From contig JANJGN010000019.1 in NCBI GenBank assembly GCA_026770705.1, positions 86,304,001 through 86,368,000 on the forward strand: a DNA stretch of 64,000 nt. Direction: 5' to 3'. The position numbers were made by a program, and so were the translations under genes. Under the pieces are notes generated by a model. That model was given only the letters and a program-made list of their open reading frames with translations, searched no databases and was not told the origin of the DNA. Of the stretch, positions 36,286-49,274 are shown piece after piece. Position 1 is the stretch's first letter; the number at the start of each line of letters is the position of its first letter. Source of the DNA: Isurus oxyrinchus. Its lineage: Eukaryota.

Positions 36286-36506
36286 TGGTGCCCGGAGTGC
36301 GGAATTGCTCAGGTCACGGCGTGGCAGGCAAACCCAAGGCCACCCGCCAGAGATCTGACGTTTTCCCGTGCCTGCATTATTAATGAGGCACGGGAAGCTG
36401 GGAAGCAGACGATATGGCGCAAAATGCCGCCATTGCGGCTGGCGGAAAAAACAAAACTTTTCATGTCCGCCACCACACTTACTGCAATTCAGGGAAAATT
36501 TTGCCC

Positions 36507-36892
36507 AAGGAATAAACAGGGCATTTTCAAGTTGACAGGCTGTAACTAGCGGAATGCTGCAAGGATCAGTGCTGGGGCCTCAGCTATTTACAATCTATAT
36601 TAGTGACCTTAAAAAAAGACACTGAGAGTTATGTATCTAAGTTTGCTGATGATACAAAGCTAAATAGGAAAGCAAGCTGTGAGGAGGACACAAAGAGGTC
36701 GCAAAGAGATACAGGCAGGTTAAGTGACAACAAGAACAACCAGGTGGCCGATGGAGAATACTGTGGGAAATGTGAGGTTATTCACTTTAGTAGTAAGAAT
36801 AGAAATGCAGAATACCTTTTTAAAGACATGAAACTTTTGAACATTGATGTTCAGAGATTAGGTGTATTCTTTGAAGGAACACAGAAAATTAA
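36507..36892 (+). mobile_element. CR1 RT, continuation after Harbinger B
   Basis: ..VTSGMLQGSVLGPQLFTIYISDL..YVSKFADDTKL..KCEVIHF. Confidence 0.92.
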
Positions 36893-37258
36893 CATTTTTT
36901 CATCTTTCATGAAATATGAGCATTGCTGGCAAGGCCATTATTTGTTGTCCATCCCTAATTGCCCTTCAACTGAGTGGCGTGCTCAGCTATTTCAGAGAGC
37001 AGTTAAGAGTCAATCTCTTTGGAGTCAGAAGTCGGTCAGACCAGGTAAGGATGATGGATTTCCTTCCCTAAAGAGCGTTAGTGAACCAAATAAGCTTTTA
37101 CAACAATCGTTGATAGTTTCATGGTCACCATCACTGAGACTAACTTTATATTAACGGAATTCAAATTCCACCAGCTGCAGTGGTGCCATTTGAACCCATA
37201 TCCCCTAGAGCATTAGATGGGGCTCTGCATTATTAATCCAGCAACATCACCGTAAGGC
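36893..37258 (-). mobile_element. tRNA-derived SINE sharing its 3' tail with the LINE at 38870
   Basis: Tail ..attagggatggacaacaaataatggcc..catgaaag and head ..gatatgggttcaaatggcacc on the minus strand; sister copies at 54388-54752 and 55345-55665. Confidence 0.7.
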
Positions 37259-37579
37259 AGAGTGATGTGCTGTTAACTTGCTCTTTATTAAATTTGTCAC
37301 TTTTCATATGATATTTGCTTGTTTATGTGTGGACTAGGGATAACTTACATTGATAGGGGCCTCAATGTCATGACACACTCTGATGAAATCAGAAGTTTGC
37401 AGAGGCAAGTCTTTTAGGATATTTTCAGTATGTGCTTCATACCCTGGGGTAAAAGTCAAACGGCATCTCCATTTTGTCGTCTGGGAAACAGCAGCAAGGA
37501 CTTCACTGAATCACCTCATAATAAGGGCCTCTCTCATCTCCTTAGCACCCAATCTGTGCTGCCCACCATGTGGATCACC

Positions 37580-38720
37580 ATGATCGTGATCAAAGTCCTC
37601 CGAATCATCGCTGGACTCGTAATCTGAGGCAGCAGGGCAGCCCGCCATGTTCTCATCCACAAGTTCTTCATCTCTGTCATGTCACGACAACAATCAGGGA
37701 AACATGATCTGGGGTATACTGCAAGGTGTCTGCAGAGTAATTGAGGTAACAAAACGTCATCTTGAGCAGACCTGTGGCTTTCTTTATAGTCTTCCTAGTG
37801 AAGGTATGGTTGGCATTGTACCTCTCTCTTGCCTGAGACCATTGATGGTTGATGGGCGACATAAGCCATCTCTAGAATGGATATCCCTCGTCTTCCATCA
37901 ACCAGCCATTCAGCTGAGCAGGAGCAAGAAAGAACTGTGACGCCTGGGAGTGCCTGAGGATGTAGACATCAAGGCTAGTCCCAAGAAACACAACTGCAGG
38001 ATACACTGACAGTGAACACAGAGAATCTGCACGTTCAAAGAGTCAAAACCCTTCCGATTAGCAAAAGCCCCTGGATTGCCTGCCGGTGTCCTCATGGCGA
38101 CGTGTACGATCGATGGCCCTTTGTGCTTTAAGAAAGCCCACCATAGCCCCAAAGCCTTTCACTCTCTCAGCCTGACTGTCATCATCTGTGGTGAAACGTC
38201 TGAATATTTCCTCGCTCCTGAACAATGCATTGGCCACAACTTTAATACAATGGTGGCCTGCCAATTGGGAAATGCTGTACAGATCAGCTGCTGCATGCAA
38301 CTGAAAGGATCGTGAGACATAGATATTTAAGGCCACTGTTACCATCAGTGTCACAGGCATTGGATGGCCACCCACGCAGTTGGAATTAATCTCCTTAGCA
38401 ATTACATTACTTATGGATGTCAGCACTGCCCTGGATATATGGAGCCTACTGCCACGCTGACACTCACATATTTGAAGATAGTTAGAGCATTGCCTCTATA
38501 TCCTTCCCTCAGGGTAGCATCTTCTCCTGGGGCGTACCTGCCCACAGTCCCTTCAAAGGCCTTCTAGGCCTTGAGCGTCATCATGATGCCCGTGTTGCTG
38601 ATGGGTTAGGTTGTTGCTGGGCCCTGGCAGCATTCCTCCTCTCCCTCCTTCTCCTTCCCTCTTCCTCACTGGATTCTATTGAATGTCAGAGCATGCTCAG
38701 GGACAGTATGGTCTACCCAT
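37580..38720 (-). pseudogene. Decayed Harbinger DDE transposase (HARBI1-like, DDE_Tnp_4)
   Basis: Motifs across frames: PVTLMVTVALNIY, ISQ, QRAIDRTHV, NRKGFDSLNVQ, WLMEDEGYP, RYNANHTFTRKTIKKATGLLK, TLQYTP. Confidence 0.9.
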
Positions 38721-38868
38721 AAGATCATAAGAAATAGGGGCAGGAGTAAGGCATTCAGCCCCTCGAACCTGCTCCGCCATTCAATAAGCTCATGACCTAT
38801 CTGATTATGGCCCTAACCCCACTTCCCTGCCTGCCCCCCTAATCTCCCTAGCCAATCAAAAATCTGTC
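38721..38868 (-). mobile_element. CR1 3' terminal fragment
   Basis: cataagaaataggggcaggagtaaggcattcagcccctcgaacctgctccgccattcaataag. Confidence 0.85.
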
Positions 38869-38869
38869 T

Positions 38870-39640
38870 TTTTTTCATTCTTTCACGGGAAATGGGCGTG
38901 GCTGACTGGGCCAGCATTTATCTCCCACTCTAATTGTCTTTGAGAAGGAGCCACATCCTTAAACCACTGCGGTCCATGTGGTATAGATACACCATAGTGC
39001 TGTTAGGAAGGGAGTTCCAGGATTTTGACTCAGTGACAATGAAGGAATGGCGATGTAGTTCCAAGTCAAGATGGTGAGGGGCTTGGAAGGGAACTTGCAG
39101 GTGGCGGTGTTCCCATTCATCCGCTGCCCTTGTTCTTCTTGGTAGTAGAGGTCACAGGTTTGGAAGATGCTGTCGAGGAAAGCTTGGTGAATTGTCACTG
39201 TGCATCTTGTAGATGGTACACACTGCTGCTACTGTGCGTCAGCCGTGGAGGAAGTGAATGTGAAGGTGGTGGATGGCGTGTCAATCAAGTGGGCTGTTTT
39301 GTCCTGGATGGTGTTGAGCTTCTTGAGTGTTGTTGGAGGTGCACTCATCCAGGCTAGTGGACAGTATTCCATCACACTCCTGACTTGTGCCTTGTAGATG
39401 GTGCACAGGCTTTGGGGAGTCAGGAGGTGAGTTACTGAATGCCTGACCTGCTCTTATACTCACAGTATTTATGTGGCTGGTCATTGGTAACCCCAGCATG
39501 TTGATGGAGGGAGAATTCAGTGATGCTAATGCCATTGAACATCGAAGGGAGATGGTTAGATTCTCTCTTACTGGAGTGGTCATGGCCAAGCACTTGGTGT
39601 AGCACAAATATTACTTGCCACTTATCAGTCCAAGACTCAA
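38870..39640 (-). mobile_element. Non-LTR retrotransposon 3' portion (CR1/L2 supergroup, Zenon/Crack-like)
   Basis: Minus strand encodes YKAQVRSVMEYCPLAWMSAPPTTLKKLNTIQDKTAHLI; related copies at 58370-58850 and 59005-59215. Confidence 0.8.
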
Positions 39641-40534
39641 CTAATTCCGCTATGGTAGTTCAAGGCTAATAGTTCAGGTATTGTAGTTCAGATATTTCAG
39701 TACAGGTATTTGAATTCAGTTATTTCAGTGAAGCTCTCTTATTTTACAAGTAAAATATAGTGCATAACCAGTGAGAGAGAGAAGCCAGAGAAGGGGAAAT
39801 CTAACATCACACTCACACCCACGTTAAGAGGAAACTGTGCCCATTCTGGGGAGAGTGACCACAGAGAAAACTGGAATTGGACAAATAGGATGAAAGCCAG
39901 CTTAGAGTTCATGCTAACAACTTCCTCCTTCATTTTTCCTCTCATCCTGTTCTTCCATACAATTGCTGGTGACACATCACATACAGGACGTACCATTCCT
40001 GTTGGAATCTTGATTTGCAGGCTTCACATTGGGACACCATTATATCATCTCTTTCCCTTCCGAGGTACCAGAGGGAGCAGCACAAAAACACTTCCACTAG
40101 AAATGTCACATCGCTCAAGCCTGCCCAATCATCACTGTGGAACTTAGGTACTGAAATAGAATGATGGAGTATTGAAAACAGGTAGAGGCCTGCTGATTCT
40201 ACGAGTTCTATCAGAGGCACCACATTTGCAAGTGTAGAAGTCTCTTGTCAGACAGGCTGGTGGCATCCAGCAATGGGTTTTGTTCTGAGTGCTGTCTCTC
40301 CCTGGTCTCCGGTCTCCACACTGAATCTGGAGAACATCAGCATCCTCCAGAGCTAGGGGAGTGGAGACTAACTCAGTGAAGGTAACAACAGAGAAACAGC
40401 CAGAACAAGGTTCACTTTGGCCTTTAAATGCTCTGAGCAATAATCAGACAGGGCTACAGAAATCCACTCTCATATCATAACCAGCAAACTGACATCCAGT
40501 TTTAACGCGTGGGGACTTGGATCAAAGATTGCTG

Positions 40535-40615
40535 GGGGCAATTTTAACTCTCAGGTGCTTCTAAAGCAGACTTGAATGCCCAGCCCAGACCAGCACTGAG
40601 AAGTAAAATTACCTC
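40535..40615. mobile_element. 81-bp Harbinger-type miniature inverted repeat
   Basis: ggggcaattttaactctcag / ctgagaagtaaaattacctc; flanks ctg / ctc. Confidence 0.6.
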
Positions 40616-40723
40616 CTCTGAGTGGGAACATAATCAGCATTATGTACTTGGGAACAAGGATCAGTGTAATGTACACAGGAACTCAGAGCAATGGACTTTG
40701 GATGCACTGTTCACACATCGGTC

Positions 40724-40737
40724 CCTGTAGGTGGCAG
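40724..40737 (+). promoter_or_regulatory. CTCF-like motif
   Basis: cctgtaggtggcag versus core CCASYAGRKGGCRS; motif match only. Confidence 0.3.
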
Positions 40738-40904
40738 CCAGACACCATCTTTGGTGCTTGATCAGCCTGGTCTCTGTGACTACTTACTCTGGATCCCCTG
40801 CTTCCACTTCAAAGCTGGGGAATTCCCAAGGGAAATCCCAACATTTCCTGAGGTCAAAATGCCATCATAAAGAAACAAATTAAAAAGAGTGAAAAAAGTA
40901 AGGC

Positions 40905-41322
40905 TTGTAAGTAAGACTTTCATAACCTCTGGAGCTATTTACAGCCGTTGAATTACTTTTGAAGTATAGTCACTTGCAGGAAGTATGGCAGCCAATTTCA
41001 GCGCAGCAAGATCCCATAAACAGCATTATGATAATAATCAGATAATCTTTTGTGATGCTGGTTGGGGAATAAATATTGACCAGAAGACCAGGGATAACTC
41101 CCCTCCTCTTCTTCAGCAGAGTGCCATGGGATCTTTTACATTCACCTGAGAGGGCAGACTGGGCCTCAACTTAGATGATTTGAAAGACGGCACATCCAAC
41201 AATGCAGCACTTCTTCAGTGCTGCACTGGAGTGTCAGCCTTGATTTTTGTGCTCAAGTCCTGGGAGGTGAACACACAACTTTCTAACTTAGAGTCGAGAA
41301 CACTACCTTTTAAACCACAGTC
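40905..41322 (-). mobile_element. Near-full-length DeuSINE
   Basis: gtgccatgggatcttttacattcacctgagagggcagac...gcagcacttcttcagtgctgcactggagtgtcagcct. Confidence 0.88.
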
Positions 41323-43014
41323 ATGAGAGACACTGGACCCTTTGAGAATGATGAGACTGAAAGAAATAAATGAACCTTCATTGGGAGAACCTTCTGATTG
41401 CAGCCGTTTATTCCAGGGCCATTTGCAGGCAGAGGCCTGTTAACCCCAAGGGCCCCTTTTATAGGAGTGTTGATTAGAGATGTAGGCCTGGTGTGACATA
41501 TTGGTGACCCACAATGTAGATTCAGTTTGCAGTGTTTTATGGCCATGGGGATGGGAGAAGACCATGCTGGGGTTCGGCACAAAGCTTACTGTTCCATCTT
41601 GGATCCCCAGGCCCCTGCAGGAGCAGTCTGAGCATCCGTTTGAGAAATGCAGGCTGTTTTATTCTGACAGAATGGCTTCCTTCCAGCTCATCAAAGAAGA
41701 CCCATCCCTCTTCTGGTAAAACATCCAGCACTTCCTTGTGGGACTGGGTCCTGACCCTCACAGAGATTCCACCTTCCCTCCGGCAGTCAAGCAGAACAGT
41801 GAGCAAAGTCTTCAAAGGCTGTTTCCCTGACAACCACAGCTGCGGGCCCTAGATTAAACTAAAGTTCCCTGTACTTCCAGCACGGGAGCTGGGATTGTAG
41901 AATTGCGCTCTCTTATGTTTCGTATTGCTTGTCTCCAGCTGTAGATTTTTTCCTGTTTTAAATAGTTTCTTTGTTCCCGCTTCTCATTGCCCTTTCCCAC
42001 CCCAGTCAAACAAACTATGAAACATCAGACTGCAACATGGAGGCATCATTCATACAGACAAACAACGTCTTGCCTTGTCCATTTTAAGTAATGTATGGAT
42101 AATGAGGATGGGTGTGTGGAAGAACTCCTGATTAGGCCCCTCTGCCCTTCACAATTCATTATCTTTTAATTTGCTGTCAGCCTCTGGGCCCTGCTAAAGA
42201 TTTGTAATTGATTCTTTCCACAGAGAGCCTATTGAAGCCTTGATTCAAAGACAGCCAGTAATAAACAGCTCTGCAGTGCACACAGAGCCAGCCAGAGACA
42301 GAAACACGTGAGATACTGGCTGTTGGAATGAAGTGGTGTTTTCCAGGCTTCCAGTTGAGAACTGTTTCCTGTCCAGATGCACTGGAATCCTGTGCATATC
42401 TCTGAGAAATAAAACAGGACGATAGGGCCCGATAAGAGCAGAGAAATGCTCAGTGTGTCAGAGGCCATTGTCTGATCATCTGTGGGCGCCAGCTGGGCAC
42501 CCCAAGTCAGCGGACTGGTTGAAGTCAGTGTTGTGGTAGGGGGTGGTGTGTGTGTGTGTGTGTGCAAGGGTAGGCCACAAAAAAAGCAGAACATTTCTTA
42601 AAGTTTTCAGGCCTTTTTGTTCCCCAACCTCCAGCGGTCCCTTGAAGATCAGTCAGTTAGGCTAGTCGGACATGACAACGGATGTGCCAGGCGGAGGTCG
42701 AGCAAGACCAGCATTGAATAACCCCACCAAGTTTAGAAATACGGCTCTCCATGAGAGTACTGAATTGAGGATTGCACTCATTTCAGGCAACCATAAAAGG
42801 CTTCCCACCATTTTATCTGTGACAGATCAGGGTGGAGGATGGGGACCTCCACCCTGCTAAGTTGTTATCATTCTGCCTGTTTTATGACCATAAAACTGGT
42901 GTATGATGTACGCTTTATGCCCCAAAATCTCTAACCTAGAATCTTCTTCTGTACAGCCCATTGATATTACTGGGGTACAACTGAAAGGATGAGACCACCA
43001 TTATATATATTACC

Positions 43015-43458
43015 AGAAGCCCAGCAGTGAATGACAGACTGGAATCTAATCGAGGGGTTCAGATGGTTTATATATAGAATGATGGATGCTTGGGAGTGAG
43101 TTGAGGCTGGAATCTAATCGAGGGGTTCAGATGGTTTATATATAGAATAATTGATACCCGGAAGTGAGTTACAGACTGGAATCTAATCGAGGGGTTCAGG
43201 TGGTTTACATATACAATAATGGATACCTGGGAGTGAGTTAGAGGTTGGAATCTAATCGAGGGGTTCAGATTGTTTATATGTAGAATAATGGATACCCAGG
43301 AGTGAGTTATAGGCTGGAATATAATCGAGGGGTTCAGGTGGTTTACATATACAATAATGGATACCCAGGAGTGAGTTACAGACTGAAATATAATCGAGGG
43401 GTTCAGATGGTTTATATACAGAATAATGGATTCCCATGGGTGAGTTATTGGCTGGAAG
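43015..43458. repeat. ~69-bp minisatellite, about 6 copies
   Basis: Unit approximately ggagtgagttacagactggaatctaatcgaggggttcagatggtttatatatagaataatggatacc. Confidence 0.92.
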
Positions 43459-44609
43459 CTTGAAGTATTTTAAAGTGTTGTCACTGCTGGAACTTAGGAA
43501 ACAAGGCAGTCAGTTTGTGTATAACAATATCCCATAAACAGATAATGACCAGATAATCTGCTTTTAATGTTATTGGTTGAGGGTATACCAGGACACTGAG
43601 TAGAACTGTTAGTTGAATCAAATCTGATTGAATTACAGAACAAGCTTGAGGGTCTGAATGGCCTCTTTCTGTTCCTATAAATGACAGCAGAGAACTGGAA
43701 GGAGCCTACAAGGCCAACGGTGCGCCACGCCCCAGAAATTGTTATCATGCAGAAATGCACAATGCATAAAGCTATTTAGGGAAAGGGAGTGGGGGCTGGA
43801 AGGGGATTTCCCAGTCTGGTGGTGGCCAGGCTATCACGTGGTGGTGTTGCACTCAGAAAGGGATTTGTTTTATGTGCTTGTAGATTGTGTTAGTTTGTTA
43901 GATTTTCTCAAAATGGGGACGAATGTTTCGCAGGGACTGGATTAAGCAGATTGTTCATACTTAGATTAACATTCACCACACATAAACTGCATGATATCTT
44001 TTGCTGCTGTTTCATCGTTATATATTGCAGCGGCTTTGCCTTGTTTGCAGAGGGAGGGTAACAAACAACATTGATGAATATAATACAGCGTGATGCATTG
44101 TAACACAAAGCTGACTTTTGAATTGCATAATCAAGCTTGTGTTTAGCTACAGAGACGTACATGGGTAGACACAGGCAATGTATCCTGTAAGCTACACTGC
44201 AACACAAATGTCCCAATGCAGGCTGTACAAAAGTCAGCCCCTTTAAGTAACTGAGCGGGCATGACCACACAAAAAAGGTTTAAAAGGGCCGCGCACTTGA
44301 ATCACCCATGCACTCCAAAAAATATTAGGGGCTACAATGCTCACAAACAGACACAGATGCACACACACAGATTAATACAGGTACCCATAGACAGATAAAC
44401 ACCGGTACATATACATGTATGTGTATATACACATACACGTTGACAGGATAACACAGGACAGCACACTAACTCACAAGTACATTGACACACACACAAGGAT
44501 TGGTACGGGTAGGTACAGATTCACACAGTCAGATTGACAGGCAAACACATACATACACAGACACAATCAAACAGAGACAAACCCTAATTAGATACAAGAT
44601 AGACACAAA

Positions 44610-44882
44610 CAACCATTTGCATTTATATAGTGCCTTTAACACAGTAGAATAGCCCAAGGCATTTCACAGGAGCATTTTTTGAACAAAATTTGACATTGAG
44701 CTGCATAAGGTGATATTTAGAGGGTGACCAAAGCTTGATGACAGGGGTAGGTTTTAATGAGCAACTTAAAGGAGCAGAGAGAAGCAGGTTCAGGGAGGGA
44801 ATTCCAGAGCTTAGTGCTTGGATCGCTGAAGGCATGGTCACTACTGTGGGATGAAGTAAGTGGGCAAGAGGCTGGAAGTGAA
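44610..44882 (-). mobile_element. L2 3' fragment
   Basis: aacaaccatttgcatttatatagtgcctttaac...agggagggaattccagagc. Confidence 0.8.
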
Positions 44883-47869
44883 GAAACACACACACACAGA
44901 CGCACCATCATACACACAGACTGATAGAAACACAAAAGGGAATTTTATTTAACCTCTCTCTGACTGGCAGTAACTGGCCAGATCAGCAGTTATATTCCAA
45001 GTGGGGACCTACTGCTCTTTTCCATTAGAATGTCATTGTTTCATTGATCAGTTGAGGCTTCCATGTGACTAAGGCCCATGAGCAGATTGAAATCAGGGCC
45101 CAATGATGTCATTAGGAGCTGGATGTAATTTTAACAGCCTGCGAAGTGCGACATCTGTAATGGTCACTCTCCTCAGTAAAACCTGGTGGAGGCCCTGACA
45201 GTCAAGTCTAAAAACCTATTTTTGAGGGGCAAGGGAAGCAAGTTTAGACCACTGTTTCCATACCCCTGGCCTTCCAGCTCACCAAAGCCAATCCCCTGCC
45301 CCCCCAAATCAGAGCCCTTTCTACCCACCCCATACTCCTGCCCACAATTTGTCTGACTGTCGGCCAAGATTATTGCAGACTGGAAGGCCATTTAACCCTT
45401 CTTAGCTCCTTTGTCATGGGATCCAAACTCCCCCCTCACTATAGCATCAATTGTTTATTGATTCCTGAGTTTGTTTCCTCCAGTACTCCATCTGGGCATT
45501 TATCCCTGATGTTGGTCACCTTTTTCACAAAGATGAATTTCCCAATATCATTTCCAAATTTACTATTTATCTGTTTGAAACTGTGCCCCCATATTTTTAC
45601 TACCAAGATTTAACATTAAGTAATATTTTGGATTAACATTCACTGTACCCGTAATCTATATGCCTTCCTTTCCGAATTGAAATGTCTAGGTTTCTTCAGT
45701 CTTCCCTCAGTACTCTCACTACAACTCAGGCTCAACCTTGTGACTTCTGTGAGACACTATCTCTTTCCTTTGTTTCTTGGTGATTGTTATACTGCAGAAA
45801 ACCTGCAGAAGAAGCTTAGAACTGGAGCCAATCTTTACACACTTTTAGAGGATTTATTTACAGAGATACACATTACAAACTTACAATTCCTAGCCACATA
45901 TACCACTGTTTCAGTCTATTGCTATTTATAGGGGCACAAGGGAATCCCCAGTTAATGCTCACCACATGCTTATAGAATTATCAGATTCCTTTCTCTCTCT
46001 TCAAATATTAATTAGAGTTACTATGCACAACCAAAATTTCAAAACAAATTAAATTAAACGCCTTCATATTCTGCACAAAGCAATTCATTGCAAAATGTCC
46101 CTCCTCGAGGACTCCCAACAATTTCTTTGTACAAGCATTTCATTTTTGAAAAACAATCCAATAGTTCATGATTTGCATTAAACCATTTAATTTTAGAGAT
46201 TTCCTCTCTCTCCAGCATTTGTTTCAAGCCAGCAAGATCAATTCGTAACATTTTTTCACACATGCATTTCATAGAGAGTTCATTATTCCTATTGCATGAT
46301 TATCTACATAACATTCAGTGGATATACTAACTTCAGTAAGCCCATTGTACAGAATCTCATGTAAAATATTTGACAAATAGAATCCAATGTCTGCTGCCTC
46401 CACAAGAGCTAGTGTTTCAGCACTCAAAGCACTTTTAACAGCTATTTTTATTTTCTTAGTTTGCTAAGCTAAGGACAACATCTCCTGCTTTCACCCCTCA
46501 GAAATATTATAAAACCAGTTGCACTACCCATCAGGAAGATTAGCATGTGAAGCATCACTAAAAATGACTAGCTTCATGTTCTTTGGGTCACTTAAGGAAA
46601 GGAACTTAAGTATGCATTTATCCAGGTGTAATTTGTTTAAGGTTTTAATTTGCCCTTAAAACATTCTCCATAGTGTTTTATCATAGTATGTAGCTTCAAC
46701 ATATCAAAGCTAGCATCTGGTCTAATCCATAGTCATCATCAGTTCAACTGACCAATCAGGCTCTGCAATTTTTCTGCCTGTTCTATAGATATAACATCAA
46801 CTTTCTGTGAAGACCTAGTGTAATTAAACACAATGGGAATAATACTCTCTAAATAGGATTGTTGATTTAAAGTTATCCCAGTCCTATTTTGCTTAATATT
46901 GATACCTAATATATTTAAAAGCCCCACAAGTCTGACTCCCAATTTTAAATTCTACTCTAATCTTATTAATAACACATTTCTCAATTTCTGCAGTACCACC
47001 CCATAAGAAATCATCAATATGCATCATGTAGATGCTTGAAAACATTCCTTTATGATATCAGTAAAACATTGCAGGATCTGATTTTGGATGAACGCAACCT
47101 ATTTTCAGCCAAACAGATCTCACCAAAATAAAAACCACCCTGGAGACATCATCCATGTCATAGAAGTATTTGTTTCCAGTTTTTCTTCTGTCTCTGCTGT
47201 CTCTTTGGGCAGTTTCAGAAATACTTCTCTCTGAAAAATATCACCCTGCAGAAGTGTAGTTTTTATGTTGAATGATCTACACTCACATGAATATGTAGCC
47301 GAAAGAGCTAAAAAGGTTTTTCAGGATTACTTTTCCAGCTGTGGAAGAGTCTACTCTAACATCTGTATCATTCAGTTGTTCTTTAAAGCCCTTAGCAGCT
47401 AGCCTTGCTTTAGCCCTATAAGTCCCATCTATAAGGACTTTTTCAGTACAAATGCACCTGTGTGACAGAGCTGGTTGACCCTTATGTGATACTTCAGAAT
47501 AAACTCCAACTATCTAACTCCTTTTGTTTTGCTTCTCTTATTAGTTTATCCTTACTGGCAGCCACAAAACTTAACTGTCATGAGGACTTCTGCTTCTAGT
47601 TCTGTTGTGACTGCTTTGTGGCCTTTATTTCATAGCTTAATCTATTCAACTTATGGCCTCTACTTCCACTTTTATATATGCTGAGATTACTACCGCAAGA
47701 TCTCCCTTTTACACTATTGTAGGCTCCCTCTCTGGTACGCATCGTTTTATGATGCAAGAGTTAATTCTGGACTCACTATCAATGCTTGCACTGGGCTTTC
47801 TTACTCACTGCTCCTTCACTCCATTCTGCCAGTGCATGGGCCTAATTTCCTGGCCGTTATCCTGAACAT

Positions 47870-48400
47870 TCAACTAATATTTAAACTGGTCAGAATCTTT
47901 TCCTGCACATCCCACAATTGTGGAACTTCTTTCCTAGTCCTCCCTATGTCATTGGTACCCAGATGGACCACGACAACTGGATCCTTCCCCTCCCACTCCA
48001 AGCTCCTCTCCAATCCTGAGGAGATGTCCTTAACCCTGGCACCGGGCAGGCAACACAGCCTTCAAGACTCACGCTCTTGGCTACAGGGAACAGTGTCTAT
48101 CCCCCTAACGCTACTATTCTCTACTACAATTACATTCCTCTTTTACTCCCTCCACTTGAATAGCCCCTTCACCAGGTGCTGCGGTCAGTTTGCTCATTCT
48201 CCCTGCAGTCCCTGTTCTTGTCCACACAAGCTGCAGGAGCATCGAACCTGTTGGATAATTGCAAGAGCTGAGGCTCCTTCATTGCTACCTTCAGGATCCA
48301 CATTCCTGCATTTTTTAGTCACATCCTCCTGCCCCTGACCACACAGAAAATTTGAACTACCTAGCCTAAGGGGTATGACAGCCTCCTAAAACAGTGTCCC
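47870..48400 (-). mobile_element. CR1 ORF1 (SGNH esterase-like) fragment nested in the Copia element
   Basis: LCCLPGARVKDISSGLERSLEWEGKDPVVVVHLGTNDIG. Confidence 0.85.
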
Positions 48401-49274
48401 AAGTTCAGTCCTTATCCATTTCTCCATAATGTTGTCTATAATAAGCCTTTGTGTCCTTATCATGTATTATTATAGAAAGTCTCAGGTCTACAAAATGTAG
48501 GATGAAAATATTTCTCTTTGTTCCATACATTTAAGTCCATGGAAACTACCTTGTTAAATCATGTGCCAATAGAAGGATTAGAATAGGATGTAGCAGTATC
48601 CTCCAAGCTTTTTACAGATTTAACACTTCTCCTTAATGTCTTCTATTAACCTCATATACTCCTAGTCAACTATACCTGCAGCTTTTAGCAGGGTTTTTAA
48701 ACCTTTAACGAGTAGGGTGAGCAAATTATCAGTGTAACTTTTAAGTCAATTTCTGTCTTTTTCCTCTCTTGTTCTTATCAAATAATCTAATTAAGACTTG
48801 TCTAACACCGAGGTTTTATTAAGGGGATACAAGACTGTCCAGACTGGGTAAACTGCAGATCAACTGACTTTCCAAAAATATGTTTTTTATTCATCCATGG
48901 GATGTGGATATCACTGGCTAGGCCAACATTTATTGCCCATCCTTAATAACTCTTGAGAAGAAAGAATAATTGCCTGATCATACTCCATACTAAGTTTCAT
49001 TTCTGTTTTTTTCGTTAAAGGTTTGCTCAACAGCACAGGTATTTCATTAGAGTCTCTATCCGTATTTATAAAATGGTTTGCTCCAGCTATTTTACATGAA
49101 CTTACAACTTTCTTTAATGACCTCAATGCTTTGTCATCACCAAACCAAATCAAATAGTACTTTTATATTCCTTATCCTTCCATTGATCCTGCCTACTTAA
49201 TGAATCAAAATAACATTTTAACTACGCTGTCCTACAAACTGTTGAAGTATAAGTACTGTCCAGTGCTGCACAAT

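Larger units (their letters stand above)
32502..36506 (-). mobile_element. Non-autonomous PIF/Harbinger element B (Myb/SANT gene retained, no recognisable DDE core)
   Basis: TIRs agccgggattttc / gaaaattttgccc; TSD TAG/AAG; splits the CR1 RT between the ..QR.. and GIN.. codons. Confidence 0.88.

Noticed and set aside
37580-38720. Host HARBI1 gene
   Set aside because: It has multiple frameshifts and stops, is intronless, and lies among TEs, so it is a transposon relic.
39739-40440. Overlapping 85-98 aa ORFs in unique sequence
   Set aside because: No recognisable domain, no consistent frame and no convincing splice signals.
41561-41596. LGFGTKLTV resembling an Ig/TCR J segment
   Set aside because: It lacks the F/W before GxG, has no upstream nonamer-heptamer RSS or downstream GT donor, and there are no V or C exons in the window.
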